IMG/VR virus record: IMGVR_UViG_3300021185_003145
Location: 1 to 64,000 of that record
Length of the DNA: 64,000 nt
Source of the DNA: a virus
Direction: 5' to 3' (one strand)
Below, piece after piece: positions 46,843 to 56,526 of the stretch. The position numbers and the translations under genes were made by a program. The notes beneath the pieces were generated by a model. That model was given only the letters and a program-made list of their open reading frames with translations, had not been told where the DNA came from and made no database searches. Position 1 is the first letter of the stretch, and each line of letters starts with the position of its first letter.

Positions 46843-48027
46843 ATGCCCAGACTATCACTATGGAAGCCAGAACGCAACAAAGACTTTACGTTTTTTGACA
46901 ATAGAATACGTGAAATGTTTACTATTGGCGGTACTGGTATTAATATACACAAGTACTTAGGTCCTGATACATCTAACAATGATGGCAAGGATGCTACACA
47001 ACCAAATTATGCCAGTCAAAGTGCAACAAATATACAAGATTTGTTGTTTTTAGAAAACCGTGATCGTAAGTACGATTCAAGTATATATCAACTTAGAGGT
47101 ATTTATAACGTAAGTGATATTGATTTTGATTTAACACAGTTTGGTTTATTCTTACAGAACGATACATTGTTTGTCAGTTTTCATATACAAGATATGGTAA
47201 ACGCACTTGGAAGAAAACTTATTAACGGTGACGTATTTGAATTACCTCATTTGCGAGACTTTTACCCATTAGATAGTGCATTACCGGCTTCTCTACGTAG
47301 GTACTATGTAGTACAAGATGCAAGTAATAGTGCTGAAGGATTTAGTCCAACATGGTATCCACATATTTGGCGTGTTAAGTGTACACCATTAGTCGACAGT
47401 CAAGAGTACAAAGACATCTTTGACGATACTGCTAAAAAACAAGATGGTACTGACGCTGATAGAACACTAAAAGATTTACTTAGTACATACAAAAAAGAAA
47501 TTGAAATTAATACTGCAATAATTCAAGAGGCTGAAAACGAAGTTCCAAAAAGTGGTTACGACACTGATAAATTTTTTGTTGTACCAACTGAACCAGATGG
47601 AACACCAGCAGACGGTGAAGAAACAGAAAGTGCTGATAATACCGGTGTTAAAGCAAGTAGCACACTGGTTACAGTGGATGAAGTTCCAACAACGCCAACA
47701 AGTAACGGTTATGATGGTTACTTAGTAGGCGACGGCTTAGCACCAAATGGATTTCCAGTAACTCCTGGAATAGCGTTTACAAATAACCCTAGCGTTGGAG
47801 ATTATGTTTTACGACTTGACTTTACTCCAAATAGACTATTTAGATTTGATGGTAATAGGTGGGTTAAAATTGAAGATTCAGTTCGTACAAGTACAACAGG
47901 TGGTGCAGGTACTACACAAAAAGATTCATTTGTTGAAAATACTAAGCAGTACACAGATGATGAAAATAATACATTTAATAGTAGACAAACACTTAGTGAT
48001 GCACTAAAACCAGAGGCAGATGATTAA
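46843..48027 (+). CDS. gp14: Neck/head-closure protein (gp14-like)
   Basis: IQDLLFLENRDRKY, LTQFGLFL, GDVFELPHL; paired with gp15. Confidence 0.65.
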   Translation: MPRLSLWKPERNKDFTFFDNRIREMFTIGGTGINIHKYLGPDTSNNDGKDATQPNYASQSATNIQDLLFLENRDRKYDSSIYQLRGIYNVSDIDFDLTQFGLFLQNDTLFVSFHIQDMVNALGRKLINGDVFELPHLRDFYPLDSALPASLRRYYVVQDASNSAEGFSPTWYPHIWRVKCTPLVDSQEYKDIFDDTAKKQDGTDADRTLKDLLSTYKKEIEINTAIIQEAENEVPKSGYDTDKFFVVPTEPDGTPADGEETESADNTGVKASSTLVTVDEVPTTPTSNGYDGYLVGDGLAPNGFPVTPGIAFTNNPSVGDYVLRLDFTPNRLFRFDGNRWVKIEDSVRTSTTGGAGTTQKDSFVENTKQYTDDENNTFNSRQTLSDALKPEADD

Positions 48028-49418
48028 TGGCAAGACAATTTTTCTATGATAATCAAATAAGAAGATTCCTCTTACAATTTGTTAGAATGTTTAGTAACTT
48101 TCAAATTGAGATAGGAGCCCCGGATTCAAGTGGCAATAGAACGCTTTTGACCGTCCCTGTGCGTTATGGAGATATGAGTCGTAATGCAGCTGCTATACTT
48201 AGAGAAAATAGTGAAAATAAAGTCTTAGGTGCTCCGATGATGAGTTGCTATATTAGTAGTTTAAAGTATAGTAGAGATCGTGTACAGGAACCAAATCATA
48301 TTAATAAAATGCAAGTTAGACAACGAAAATATAATGCAAGTACAGAAACTTATAGTCGTACACAAAGTAATGCAATTACAGTTGAACGACATATGCCAGT
48401 ACCTTACGATTTAACAATGAATTTAGATGTATGGACTACTAATACTGAAATGAAGTTGCAGTTACTAGAGCAAATGCTATGCTTGTTTAACCCTAGTTTA
48501 GAAATACAAAGTACAGATAACTATGTCGACTGGACAAGTTTAAGTTTAGTAGAATTAACAGACGTTAACTTTACAAGTAGAACAGTTCCAACTGGTACAG
48601 AAGATACAATCGATGTTGCTACATTAACATTTGATATGCCTATATGGATGTCATTACCTGCTAAAGTTAAAAAGATGGGTGTTATACATAAAATTGTTAA
48701 TAGCATTTATGACGGTAACGGAGACTTAGTAAGTTCTATTGGAAAAGATGACTTAGTACTAGGACAACGATTAGTTGTTACTCCAGGACGTTATGGAGCA
48801 ATACTACTTAACGGACAAGCAGAACTAGTAGATTATGATAATGAGCCCACGTCCGATACCTTACATACTAGTCAAATACTTAAGAAGTCAGCAAGTAAGC
48901 CAAAATGGAGATCAGTACTTGAACAATACGGTGCAGTAAATCCTGGAATTACACAATTACGATTTATACAACCTGACGATAGTGAAGTTATTGGAACAGT
49001 TGCATATCATCCTACAGATGATCAAATACTTTTAATAACTATTGACGCTGATACTATTCCAACTAATAGTTTAACTGCCATAGATGCAATTATTAAGCCT
49101 AGTAGTGTTAACGTAGATACATTTGTTAAAAATACAAACTCAAGATACTTGATACTTGAAGATATTGGAAAATCAACTAACACAGATGGTAGTGATTTTT
49201 GGAAAAGTACTAGTGATGTTGACTTTATTGCTAGTGCAAACGATATTATTGAATGGGATGGTACACAATGGACTGTAGCATTTGATAGTTCTGCAATTAG
49301 TGTTGCAAACTACGTTACAAACGCAACAACAGGTATACAGTATAAATGGAACGGTAGTGCTTGGCTAAAAAGTTTTGAAGGCGAGTATCAACCTCAGGAC
49401 TGGCGAGTAGTTATCTAA
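48027..49418 (+). CDS. gp15: Tail sheath stabiliser/terminator (gp15-like)
   Basis: FFYDNQIRRF, VPVRYG, PVPYDL, QLLEQMLCLFNP. Confidence 0.8.
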   Translation: MARQFFYDNQIRRFLLQFVRMFSNFQIEIGAPDSSGNRTLLTVPVRYGDMSRNAAAILRENSENKVLGAPMMSCYISSLKYSRDRVQEPNHINKMQVRQRKYNASTETYSRTQSNAITVERHMPVPYDLTMNLDVWTTNTEMKLQLLEQMLCLFNPSLEIQSTDNYVDWTSLSLVELTDVNFTSRTVPTGTEDTIDVATLTFDMPIWMSLPAKVKKMGVIHKIVNSIYDGNGDLVSSIGKDDLVLGQRLVVTPGRYGAILLNGQAELVDYDNEPTSDTLHTSQILKKSASKPKWRSVLEQYGAVNPGITQLRFIQPDDSEVIGTVAYHPTDDQILLITIDADTIPTNSLTAIDAIIKPSSVNVDTFVKNTNSRYLILEDIGKSTNTDGSDFWKSTSDVDFIASANDIIEWDGTQWTVAFDSSAISVANYVTNATTGIQYKWNGSAWLKSFEGEYQPQDWRVVI

Positions 49419-50149
49419 CCTATATCAAGTTGGCTAATAAAATCTCTATAATCTTTAAGGTGTAAATTACTACACCATCTCCATGATTCAGGACAAACAT
49501 AATCTGCATTAGGATGAACGAAGTGAAAATTTACCTGATAGTAAGCCTTGAATAATCTTGTCATATTTGCTTCCCACTTACTTCCGTTGACATGCTCATT
49601 TCTTTCCTTGTAGGCATTTGTACCTGCATATATGTTACTGTTGTAACCTTCTGCTTGTTGATTATCAAATCCAATAAGATAAATGTCTTTGTGTCCGTGA
49701 TAGGCCGCTAAGTATGTTGCTACTGCACCAGCATTCATTATATAATTTTGAGGAACCAAGTGAAACTTACCAGGGTACTTAACCATTAAAGCCGCACTAC
49801 TGTAAACAATATTATTATCACAGTAATCAGTTTCTATAATTTCTTCCATCATAACTTCAGTATTGCAGATTAAAAAATCTGGAGACATATCTCTATAAAG
49901 TGCATTGCATCCGTAAGTTTGACACTTTAAACTAGCAAATAAACCGCCTTTGTGATTTGTTAGCAAACTAAGTCTAAACTTTTGTCTACTATCACCGTTA
50001 CCAATAATAACTGCATTACCTCTATGATCACTGTTATTAACAGTAACAGGTACCCATTCACGTTCTTCTTGACGCTTACCGGCTTCTATAGTTGTGTGAT
50101 GAATAATAAATTCACCTTCATATTCAGTGGCGTAAAAAGGAAGTTTCAT
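49415..50149 (-). CDS. Maf/DUF115-like (glycosyltransferase-like) protein
   Basis: AVIIGNGDS, TYGCNALYRD..PDFL, NAG..A, IYLIGFD. Confidence 0.6.
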   Translation of the reverse strand: MKLPFYATEYEGEFIIHHTTIEAGKRQEEREWVPVTVNNSDHRGNAVIIGNGDSRQKFRLSLLTNHKGGLFASLKCQTYGCNALYRDMSPDFLICNTEVMMEEIIETDYCDNNIVYSSAALMVKYPGKFHLVPQNYIMNAGAVATYLAAYHGHKDIYLIGFDNQQAEGYNSNIYAGTNAYKERNEHVNGSKWEANMTRLFKAYYQVNFHFVHPNADYVCPESWRWCSNLHLKDYRDFISQLDIG

Positions 50150-51642
50150 TACACTACTATCTCTGCTATCTTAATTCCTGAATCTAAATTTTCTTCTATT
50201 GCTTTTCCTATAACGCAAACTGCGTTAGGCATAGCACTTTCTTTTGCCAATGCAACGCCTGTTCCTGCAACAGGTCCTGAAACAATTATGTCGCCTTTGC
50301 GTATTGGTCCATCAATCTTGCAAGGTACTCTACCTCTTAATGCTACTGCTATACCATCAGCATCACTATTCATTAAATGTGCAGGATTAGTTGATACAAC
50401 TCCTGCAACTCTGTGATCATGCATTATATTAGTTGTAGTGACTTCTTTATCTCCACCAAATATTAAAACAGTGCCTGGTTCATAATCTTCATCGCTAGTA
50501 TAAATTTCTGCCAAGTCAGCATATTGAGCCGATGTTGCAGTTCCACTAAACACACCACTTGCTAAAGTAATACCACTTGAATTAAATGTTGTATGTGTTG
50601 CGTTGTCTAAAACTAATGTGGCTACTCCTGTGCCAGAGTCTGTTACTGAAAGTGAACTGTCTCCTTGTGATATTGAGTTTGTAGCAATACCTGATAGCCC
50701 ACTGCCATCACCTGTGTATGAAGTTGCATCTACAGTGCCATTAACACTTACACCTGTTGCTGTTGTTTCAAATTTAGTAACATTATTATATCGTAACTGC
50801 ACTTGTGCATCTGCGTAAAATATAGCCATATATTCAGCTGCATTTTTCTTACTTAAATATATGTTTCCATCTGTTTGAACCCAAGTATTATGAGCATTGG
50901 TGCCTCTTATAATATTATTTGAACCATCATGATGTATTGTAAAATCACCACCGGTACCAAGTTTAATCGTATCATTGTCACCCATATTAAGATGAGATTC
51001 TAAAGTGGTTTCACCAGCCACTTCCAATCCTGTTCCGTTAATTAATTTAAGATCTGTGCTTGTGAATCTTGCACTAATGTTATTACTGCCTGCTTTCTTG
51101 TGTGCAATTTCAATAATACCGTCTTCAGTACCATCACTTGCATCATCAATTTTTGCAGTAATTTTTGCAAATACTTGACTAGAGCCTGCGTCATTGTCGC
51201 CTTTAAATTTAATTTGTCCAATATAATCAGCATCTGATCCAGCATTGTCTGACGGATTTCTTGTTAGTGTAATTACCGGTCCTGCACTATTTCCTGTTGA
51301 TGTATCTGTTAGACTTGCTCCGTCACTCTCGGCAGTAAAAGCACCACTAACTCCTGTTAAGTTGCTTCCATCACCATAAAATGCATTGGCTTTAATATCT
51401 GCGTAACTTGTTATAGTGACATTACCACTAGTTGTTCCAACTTCATCTGTATTAATTACTGCAAAATGATTTGCACTCTCATCATATATTAACGCAACAT
51501 TACCATCACTACCTCGTTCCATAACGATACCAGTATCTTTATCAGCACTTCCTGATTCTCCGCTATTGATTCTTATTAAAGGATCTGTTATATTTGTTAC
51601 ATCAAAATTTACCTGGGCGGCCTTAGGTCTTGTTAATGGCAT
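50149..51642 (-). CDS. Tail fibre-like protein with C-terminal chaperone-like domain
   Basis: G/S/T-rich; C-terminal YADLAEIY...GVVSTNPAHLMN...ALRGRVP. Confidence 0.75.
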   Translation of the reverse strand: MPLTRPKAAQVNFDVTNITDPLIRINSGESGSADKDTGIVMERGSDGNVALIYDESANHFAVINTDEVGTTSGNVTITSYADIKANAFYGDGSNLTGVSGAFTAESDGASLTDTSTGNSAGPVITLTRNPSDNAGSDADYIGQIKFKGDNDAGSSQVFAKITAKIDDASDGTEDGIIEIAHKKAGSNNISARFTSTDLKLINGTGLEVAGETTLESHLNMGDNDTIKLGTGGDFTIHHDGSNNIIRGTNAHNTWVQTDGNIYLSKKNAAEYMAIFYADAQVQLRYNNVTKFETTATGVSVNGTVDATSYTGDGSGLSGIATNSISQGDSSLSVTDSGTGVATLVLDNATHTTFNSSGITLASGVFSGTATSAQYADLAEIYTSDEDYEPGTVLIFGGDKEVTTTNIMHDHRVAGVVSTNPAHLMNSDADGIAVALRGRVPCKIDGPIRKGDIIVSGPVAGTGVALAKESAMPNAVCVIGKAIEENLDSGIKIAEIVV

Positions 51643-51690
51643 TTTTAAATTCCCGTTCTTACTTGAATAATTATATAAACATATTTAGTC

Positions 51691-51718
51691 AAAAAGAAAG
51701 GCCCCGGAGGGCCTTTCT
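51691..51718 (-). terminator. Intrinsic terminator
   Basis: AGAAAGGCCC/GGGCCTTTCT stem plus T-run. Confidence 0.8.
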
Positions 51719-51738
51719 AAGTTAGTTTTTTGCGTAAA

Positions 51739-54700
51739 TTACATACGGCCTACAACAACTTCAATAACGCCTTCTGCGCCGTCAAAGTCTTCTAAAGCCT
51801 TACCAATTACTTGACCCATTTTTGGATCTGCTTCTGCACGAGCACAACCGTTACCAGCCGCTACAAGCATATCACCTTTAGCAATTTTACCTGTAACTTT
51901 AGCAGGTACACGACCTGTTAATGCAACTGCAACACCATCAGCGTCACTGTTCATTAAGTAAGCAGGGTTAGTTGATACTACACCAGCAACTTTTTTGTCG
52001 CCGTCTTCCATACATGTTGTTACTTCTGCGTCACCGCCAAAGCATACAACTGTACCAGGTGCAATTTCACCGTCTGCTTTATAGATCTCAGCCAAGTCAG
52101 CGTATTGTGCCGAAGTTGCTGTACCACTAAATGTACCAGCGTTAGTAATGTCGTTTCCGCCCATGTTAATGTCACCACTCATAGTGCCACCTGTTAAGGA
52201 TAACTTACCATTTATGGATGCATTAATAGTAGCTGCGAAGTTGGCGTCATCACCTAGTGCTGCCGCTAACTCGTTAAGTGTGTCTAATGTACCAGGTGCA
52301 CTATCTACTAGTCCGTTAATTTCATCATCAACATATTTCTTTGTTGATAAGTCATAATCTTGACTAGGGGAATATGAACCACCTGCGTATATACTTCCAG
52401 CACTTAAAGTTAGTACTGCAGCATTATCTACTGTTAACGCAATGTTTCCTGAACCTGTGTCTGTAACTGTAACACCTGTGTCTGCAACAGAAATAGCACT
52501 TGAGCTAATCTCTTGTAAACCACCACTTGTAAATGTAGCAACAGTTGAACCACCAACTTTAATTAACACTCTATCATTAGCAGTATCCATAACGATTGAT
52601 TCTTCACCGTTTGTACCTGTAATAGATGTAACTGTTGATGTTGTTGTTAATACACGAGCATCAATAACATCGCCAGTTGCCGGAGCCTCTGTAAACGTTA
52701 ATGTTGTTCCACTGATCGCATAAGCAGTTGTTGGAATCTGTACAACACCGTTTAATGCAACGATTGTTGTAGCAGTTGTACCACTTACTGATAATGTAAA
52801 TGCAGTTGTTGTATCATCACCTGCGAAAGCGTCTGCTGTAATAACTGTAAAGTCAGTACCTGCGTTCCACTCACCACCTGTGTATACTTCAATAGCACCA
52901 GTTGAACTGTTAAAACGGAACATACCTGCTACGCCAGTTCCCGGACGTTGTGCAGTTGTACCAACTGGAATCATCATACTGTCTGTACTGTCAACTTTAA
53001 AAGTTACGCCAGTAGTTGCAGTTGTTGAGCCAATAATACCTGATGCCGCTGTAACCGCGCCACCAAATGCTGCCGCTGTGTCACTGATTGTTAACTGTGT
53101 ACTTGTACCATTATCATCAATACCAGTTGATGCGAAAGTAGAAATTGTTCCACCATGTATCTTATCACCTGAGATTTGATCATCTGCTAATGTTAATGTA
53201 CCGCCACTTACATCAATAGTTTTACCTGAACCTGCAGTTACACTACCTGTTAAGTCACCAGTTACGTCACCAGTTACATCACCAGTTACGTCACCTGTAA
53301 TTGTACCACTTGCCGCTATTGTTGTAAATGCACCTGAAGCCGGAGTTGTTGCTCCAACTGTACCATTTAATGCACCTGCAAAGCCAGTGTTTGCTGTAAT
53401 AGTTGTACCAGTTACGGCTGCTGGAGTGTTTCCACCTACAACGCCGTCTAATGCACCAGCAAAACCAGTGTTTGCAGTAATAGTTGTACCTGTTACAGCA
53501 GCTGGAGTTGTTCCACCTACGATACCATCAACATTACCTGTTACATTACCTGTTACGTTACCTGTTACGTTACCTGTTAAGTTACCAGTTAAACTTGAAC
53601 CATCCCATGCAGGACCGTCTGTAAGTTCACCGTTTGCGCCGACTAATACTAAGTCACCGTTTGTTAAGTCTTCAACTCTCATACTTCCAAAAGCTGCACC
53701 ACCTAATGAACCGCTCATAACAGCCGCTGTATCTGTAACGTCTGGAATATAAACGAACTCACCAGCACCACTTAGTTCTGACATGTCAGCACCAAAGTAA
53801 CCTGCTTTTGCAGAGCCATCGTTATGTAAGTATTTGATACCTCTGTCTAAACTATCGTTTGAGTCAGCACCAACCTGGAAGATTGGATCTGCAATAGTTA
53901 CAACAGTTGAATCAACAGTTGTTGTTGTACCTTGAACTGTTAAGTTACCAGCAACAATTAATGTTCCACCAGTTCCGTCTGGAGATGGATCAATTGTTAA
54001 GTCACCAGTTGTTGAACTAATTTCGTTACCATCAATGTTGATGTTACCCATTGTTAGTCCGTTAGCATCAATTTTACCTTCTTCAGCACCTTCAATGTTA
54101 AATGCTATAGTACCGTCTGAACCTGTGTCAGTTACAGTAACGTTTGAGTTGCCTTGTAAAATTGAGTTTTCTGCACCACTTAACTGATCGTCAACATATT
54201 TCTTTGTTGCCGCGTCTTGGTTTGCAGTTGGATCTACAACGTTTACAATTTTGTTTGAACCAGCATCAATTGTACTAGAAGCATCAAATGTAATACCAGC
54301 CGCAGTAAAGTTACCATTAATGTCAACAGTGTTAAATGTACTTGTACCTGTTGCCGCTGTAACGTTACCAGTTAAGTCACCAGTTACGTCACCAGTAATT
54401 GTACCGGATGCGCCGATTGTTGTAAATAGACCAGCAGCTGCCGTTGTTGCACCTACTGTACCGTTTAACGGTCCAGCAAATCCTGTATTTGCTGTAATTG
54501 TTGTACCAGTAACGGCAGCCGGTGTGTTTCCACCCACGATACCATCTATGTTACCAGTTACGTTTCCTGTTAAAGCACCTGCAAAGTTTGTGTTTGCAGT
54601 AATTACTGTACCAGTTACGGCTGCAGGTGTTGTTCCACCTACGATACCATCCTGTGTACCTGTATGAGCACCAGCAGATGCACCTGTTAGGTCACCTGTG

Positions 54701-55131
54701 AAGCCAGTACTTGCAGTAATTGTTGTACCTGTTATTTCTTTTGCCTTCATGTCGGCATAAGCTGCGATTGTAACGTTACCAGCAGTGGTACCGTCATCAG
54801 TTGTTGTTGCGAATGCGAATTCGTCTTCGCTTTCATCGAAAATAACAGCCGCGTTTGCGTCGTCACCACGGTTGATGATAAAACCACCATCAACTGATGG
54901 TGAACCCGTTGCACCACTACTTAATAGTAAAAATGGGTCTGCGATTGTTGTGTTTGTTGTGTCTACAGTAGAGGTTGTACCACTAACGGTTAAATTTCCG
55001 CTAACAGTAAGGTTACTACCGTAAGTTAAATTATCAACCAATTTTCCAGCAGTAACCGATTGGTTGGCAAGTTTTGCCGTGGTTACATTTAAATCTGTAA
55101 TCTGGTTGGTTTTTATACGAGTAACAGCCAT
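51739..55131 (-). CDS. Long tail fibre-like protein
   Basis: G(N/D)VT repeats, DAATKKYVD, APGTLDTLNELAAALGDD, shared C-terminal domain. Confidence 0.8.
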   Translation of the reverse strand: MAVTRIKTNQITDLNVTTAKLANQSVTAGKLVDNLTYGSNLTVSGNLTVSGTTSTVDTTNTTIADPFLLLSSGATGSPSVDGGFIINRGDDANAAVIFDESEDEFAFATTTDDGTTAGNVTIAAYADMKAKEITGTTITASTGFTGDLTGASAGAHTGTQDGIVGGTTPAAVTGTVITANTNFAGALTGNVTGNIDGIVGGNTPAAVTGTTITANTGFAGPLNGTVGATTAAAGLFTTIGASGTITGDVTGDLTGNVTAATGTSTFNTVDINGNFTAAGITFDASSTIDAGSNKIVNVVDPTANQDAATKKYVDDQLSGAENSILQGNSNVTVTDTGSDGTIAFNIEGAEEGKIDANGLTMGNINIDGNEISSTTGDLTIDPSPDGTGGTLIVAGNLTVQGTTTTVDSTVVTIADPIFQVGADSNDSLDRGIKYLHNDGSAKAGYFGADMSELSGAGEFVYIPDVTDTAAVMSGSLGGAAFGSMRVEDLTNGDLVLVGANGELTDGPAWDGSSLTGNLTGNVTGNVTGNVTGNVDGIVGGTTPAAVTGTTITANTGFAGALDGVVGGNTPAAVTGTTITANTGFAGALNGTVGATTPASGAFTTIAASGTITGDVTGDVTGDVTGDLTGSVTAGSGKTIDVSGGTLTLADDQISGDKIHGGTISTFASTGIDDNGTSTQLTISDTAAAFGGAVTAASGIIGSTTATTGVTFKVDSTDSMMIPVGTTAQRPGTGVAGMFRFNSSTGAIEVYTGGEWNAGTDFTVITADAFAGDDTTTAFTLSVSGTTATTIVALNGVVQIPTTAYAISGTTLTFTEAPATGDVIDARVLTTTSTVTSITGTNGEESIVMDTANDRVLIKVGGSTVATFTSGGLQEISSSAISVADTGVTVTDTGSGNIALTVDNAAVLTLSAGSIYAGGSYSPSQDYDLSTKKYVDDEINGLVDSAPGTLDTLNELAAALGDDANFAATINASINGKLSLTGGTMSGDINMGGNDITNAGTFSGTATSAQYADLAEIYKADGEIAPGTVVCFGGDAEVTTCMEDGDKKVAGVVSTNPAYLMNSDADGVAVALTGRVPAKVTGKIAKGDMLVAAGNGCARAEADPKMGQVIGKALEDFDGAEGVIEVVVGRM
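53250..54720 (-). repeat. Intragenic repeats: DG(I/V)VGG(T/N)TPAAVTGT(T/V)ITANT x4 and 12-nt G(N/D)VT tandem units
   Basis: e.g. (ttacctgttac[ag])n at ~53534-53590. Confidence 0.85.
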
Positions 55132-55239
55132 AAGTGAATCACTCCTCTTTATTATGGTTTATTGGTTTGGTCGGACCAACTGTATTTATAAAGGAAGTGC
55201 GGTTTTTTACTACTATGTTAATGTTTTAGGTCAGAAACT

Positions 55240-56526
55240 TTAATGGAAATCTACCCAGGTACTATTTGCATAACCTTGGAATTTATTGTCTGTTGTGTTG
55301 TAGATAACCATTCCGTTAGTCGCTGTAAGAGCGTTACGTTGTGTTGTTGTCATACTTGCTAACTGTACTGCATTACTAAATGCACTTTTACTATTTTCTA
55401 ATGCAAGTACTTCAGTACCGGCTGCATCAAAACGTATTGTATCGTCATCAGCGGATTCTTCAACTTGTATTCTAGTATCACTATCTGAATCTGACAATCC
55501 TCTTATAGTTGTCACAAGTCCAAGTTTTCTAACTTCAATTCTATCTCCAGTTACCGGTGCTCCAGTAAATGTTAATGTTGTTCCGCTAACGCTATACGCT
55601 TGTGTTGGCTCTTGTACTACACCATTAAGTGTTACCATAACTGTTGCACTATCCGCCGCACTGTTAAGAGTAAATGCAGTTGTGGTTCCATCTCCTGCAA
55701 ATGCTTGTGTACTAATAGCACCTGTACTTGCTCCGACTTGTACCCAATCAACACCGTCATATACTTCAACCTTGTCATCATCATCGTTGAATCTTATCAT
55801 TCCGTCTAACGGAGTTCCTGGACGTTGTGCTGATGTTCCTACTGGAATAATTAGTGCCGTAGTTGCATCAATATCAACTACACCTGTTCCTTGCGGTTGT
55901 AATACAATATCATCACCACTGTTAGTTGGCGTAATTGTTGATCCGCTAATATCTAACTCTGCTACTTGTGTATCTGCACCAGGACTAGATCCTACACCAA
56001 AATCACCTATGTATCTTGCACCAGTAATATAAACACTTGCTCCGGAAAAGTTTTTACCTGCTGGTAAATTTGTACCAATAAAGTGTAACACACCTGCTTG
56101 ATAATCAAAGAACCATTCATCATTACTACCACTACCACCGGCAAAAACTTTATTGCTAATTACTGCGGAATTGCCGGCATCACTAGCAGTATGTACATAA
56201 ACACTTACCAAGTAAGTACTTCCAAACTCAGGTGGTATCCAATCAGTTGAACCAGTTTTCCAAGTTCTATTTGCAGTTGCAGTTACATCTTCAGTACATT
56301 CAACTGGAGCACTATTTCCATATACCTGTACAGTACTACTACTCGAAGTAGGAATAACTGCTGGTATGTCTCCTGCCTGTTGCCATACTTTATCTCCACG
56401 AAGTAAAAGCGGACTTGCTATTGATTCGTTTGCGGCTGACTTTTGTGAATTTGTATCAGTTTTACTAACTGCAAAACCTAATTTTTTAAATAAGTAGTCA
56501 ACTTTTTGGGTGTCTGAAATAGCCAT
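55240..56526 (-). CDS. Virion structural protein (fibre/baseplate-associated)
   Basis: IPVGTSAQRP and FAGDGTTTAFTL..LNGVVQEP modules. Confidence 0.7.
   Translation of the reverse strand: MAISDTQKVDYLFKKLGFAVSKTDTNSQKSAANESIASPLLLRGDKVWQQAGDIPAVIPTSSSSTVQVYGNSAPVECTEDVTATANRTWKTGSTDWIPPEFGSTYLVSVYVHTASDAGNSAVISNKVFAGGSGSNDEWFFDYQAGVLHFIGTNLPAGKNFSGASVYITGARYIGDFGVGSSPGADTQVAELDISGSTITPTNSGDDIVLQPQGTGVVDIDATTALIIPVGTSAQRPGTPLDGMIRFNDDDDKVEVYDGVDWVQVGASTGAISTQAFAGDGTTTAFTLNSAADSATVMVTLNGVVQEPTQAYSVSGTTLTFTGAPVTGDRIEVRKLGLVTTIRGLSDSDSDTRIQVEESADDDTIRFDAAGTEVLALENSKSAFSNAVQLASMTTTQRNALTATNGMVIYNTTDNKFQGYANSTWVDFH

Noticed and set aside
50149-52140. Similar 3' ends of two fibre genes as a DGR template/variable repeat pair
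   Set aside because: Both copies are coding, differences are mostly synonymous rather than adenine-specific, and no reverse transcriptase is in the window
53250-53590. Short tandem repeats as a CRISPR array
   Set aside because: 12-nt in-frame coding repeats (GNVT/GDVT) without unique spacers
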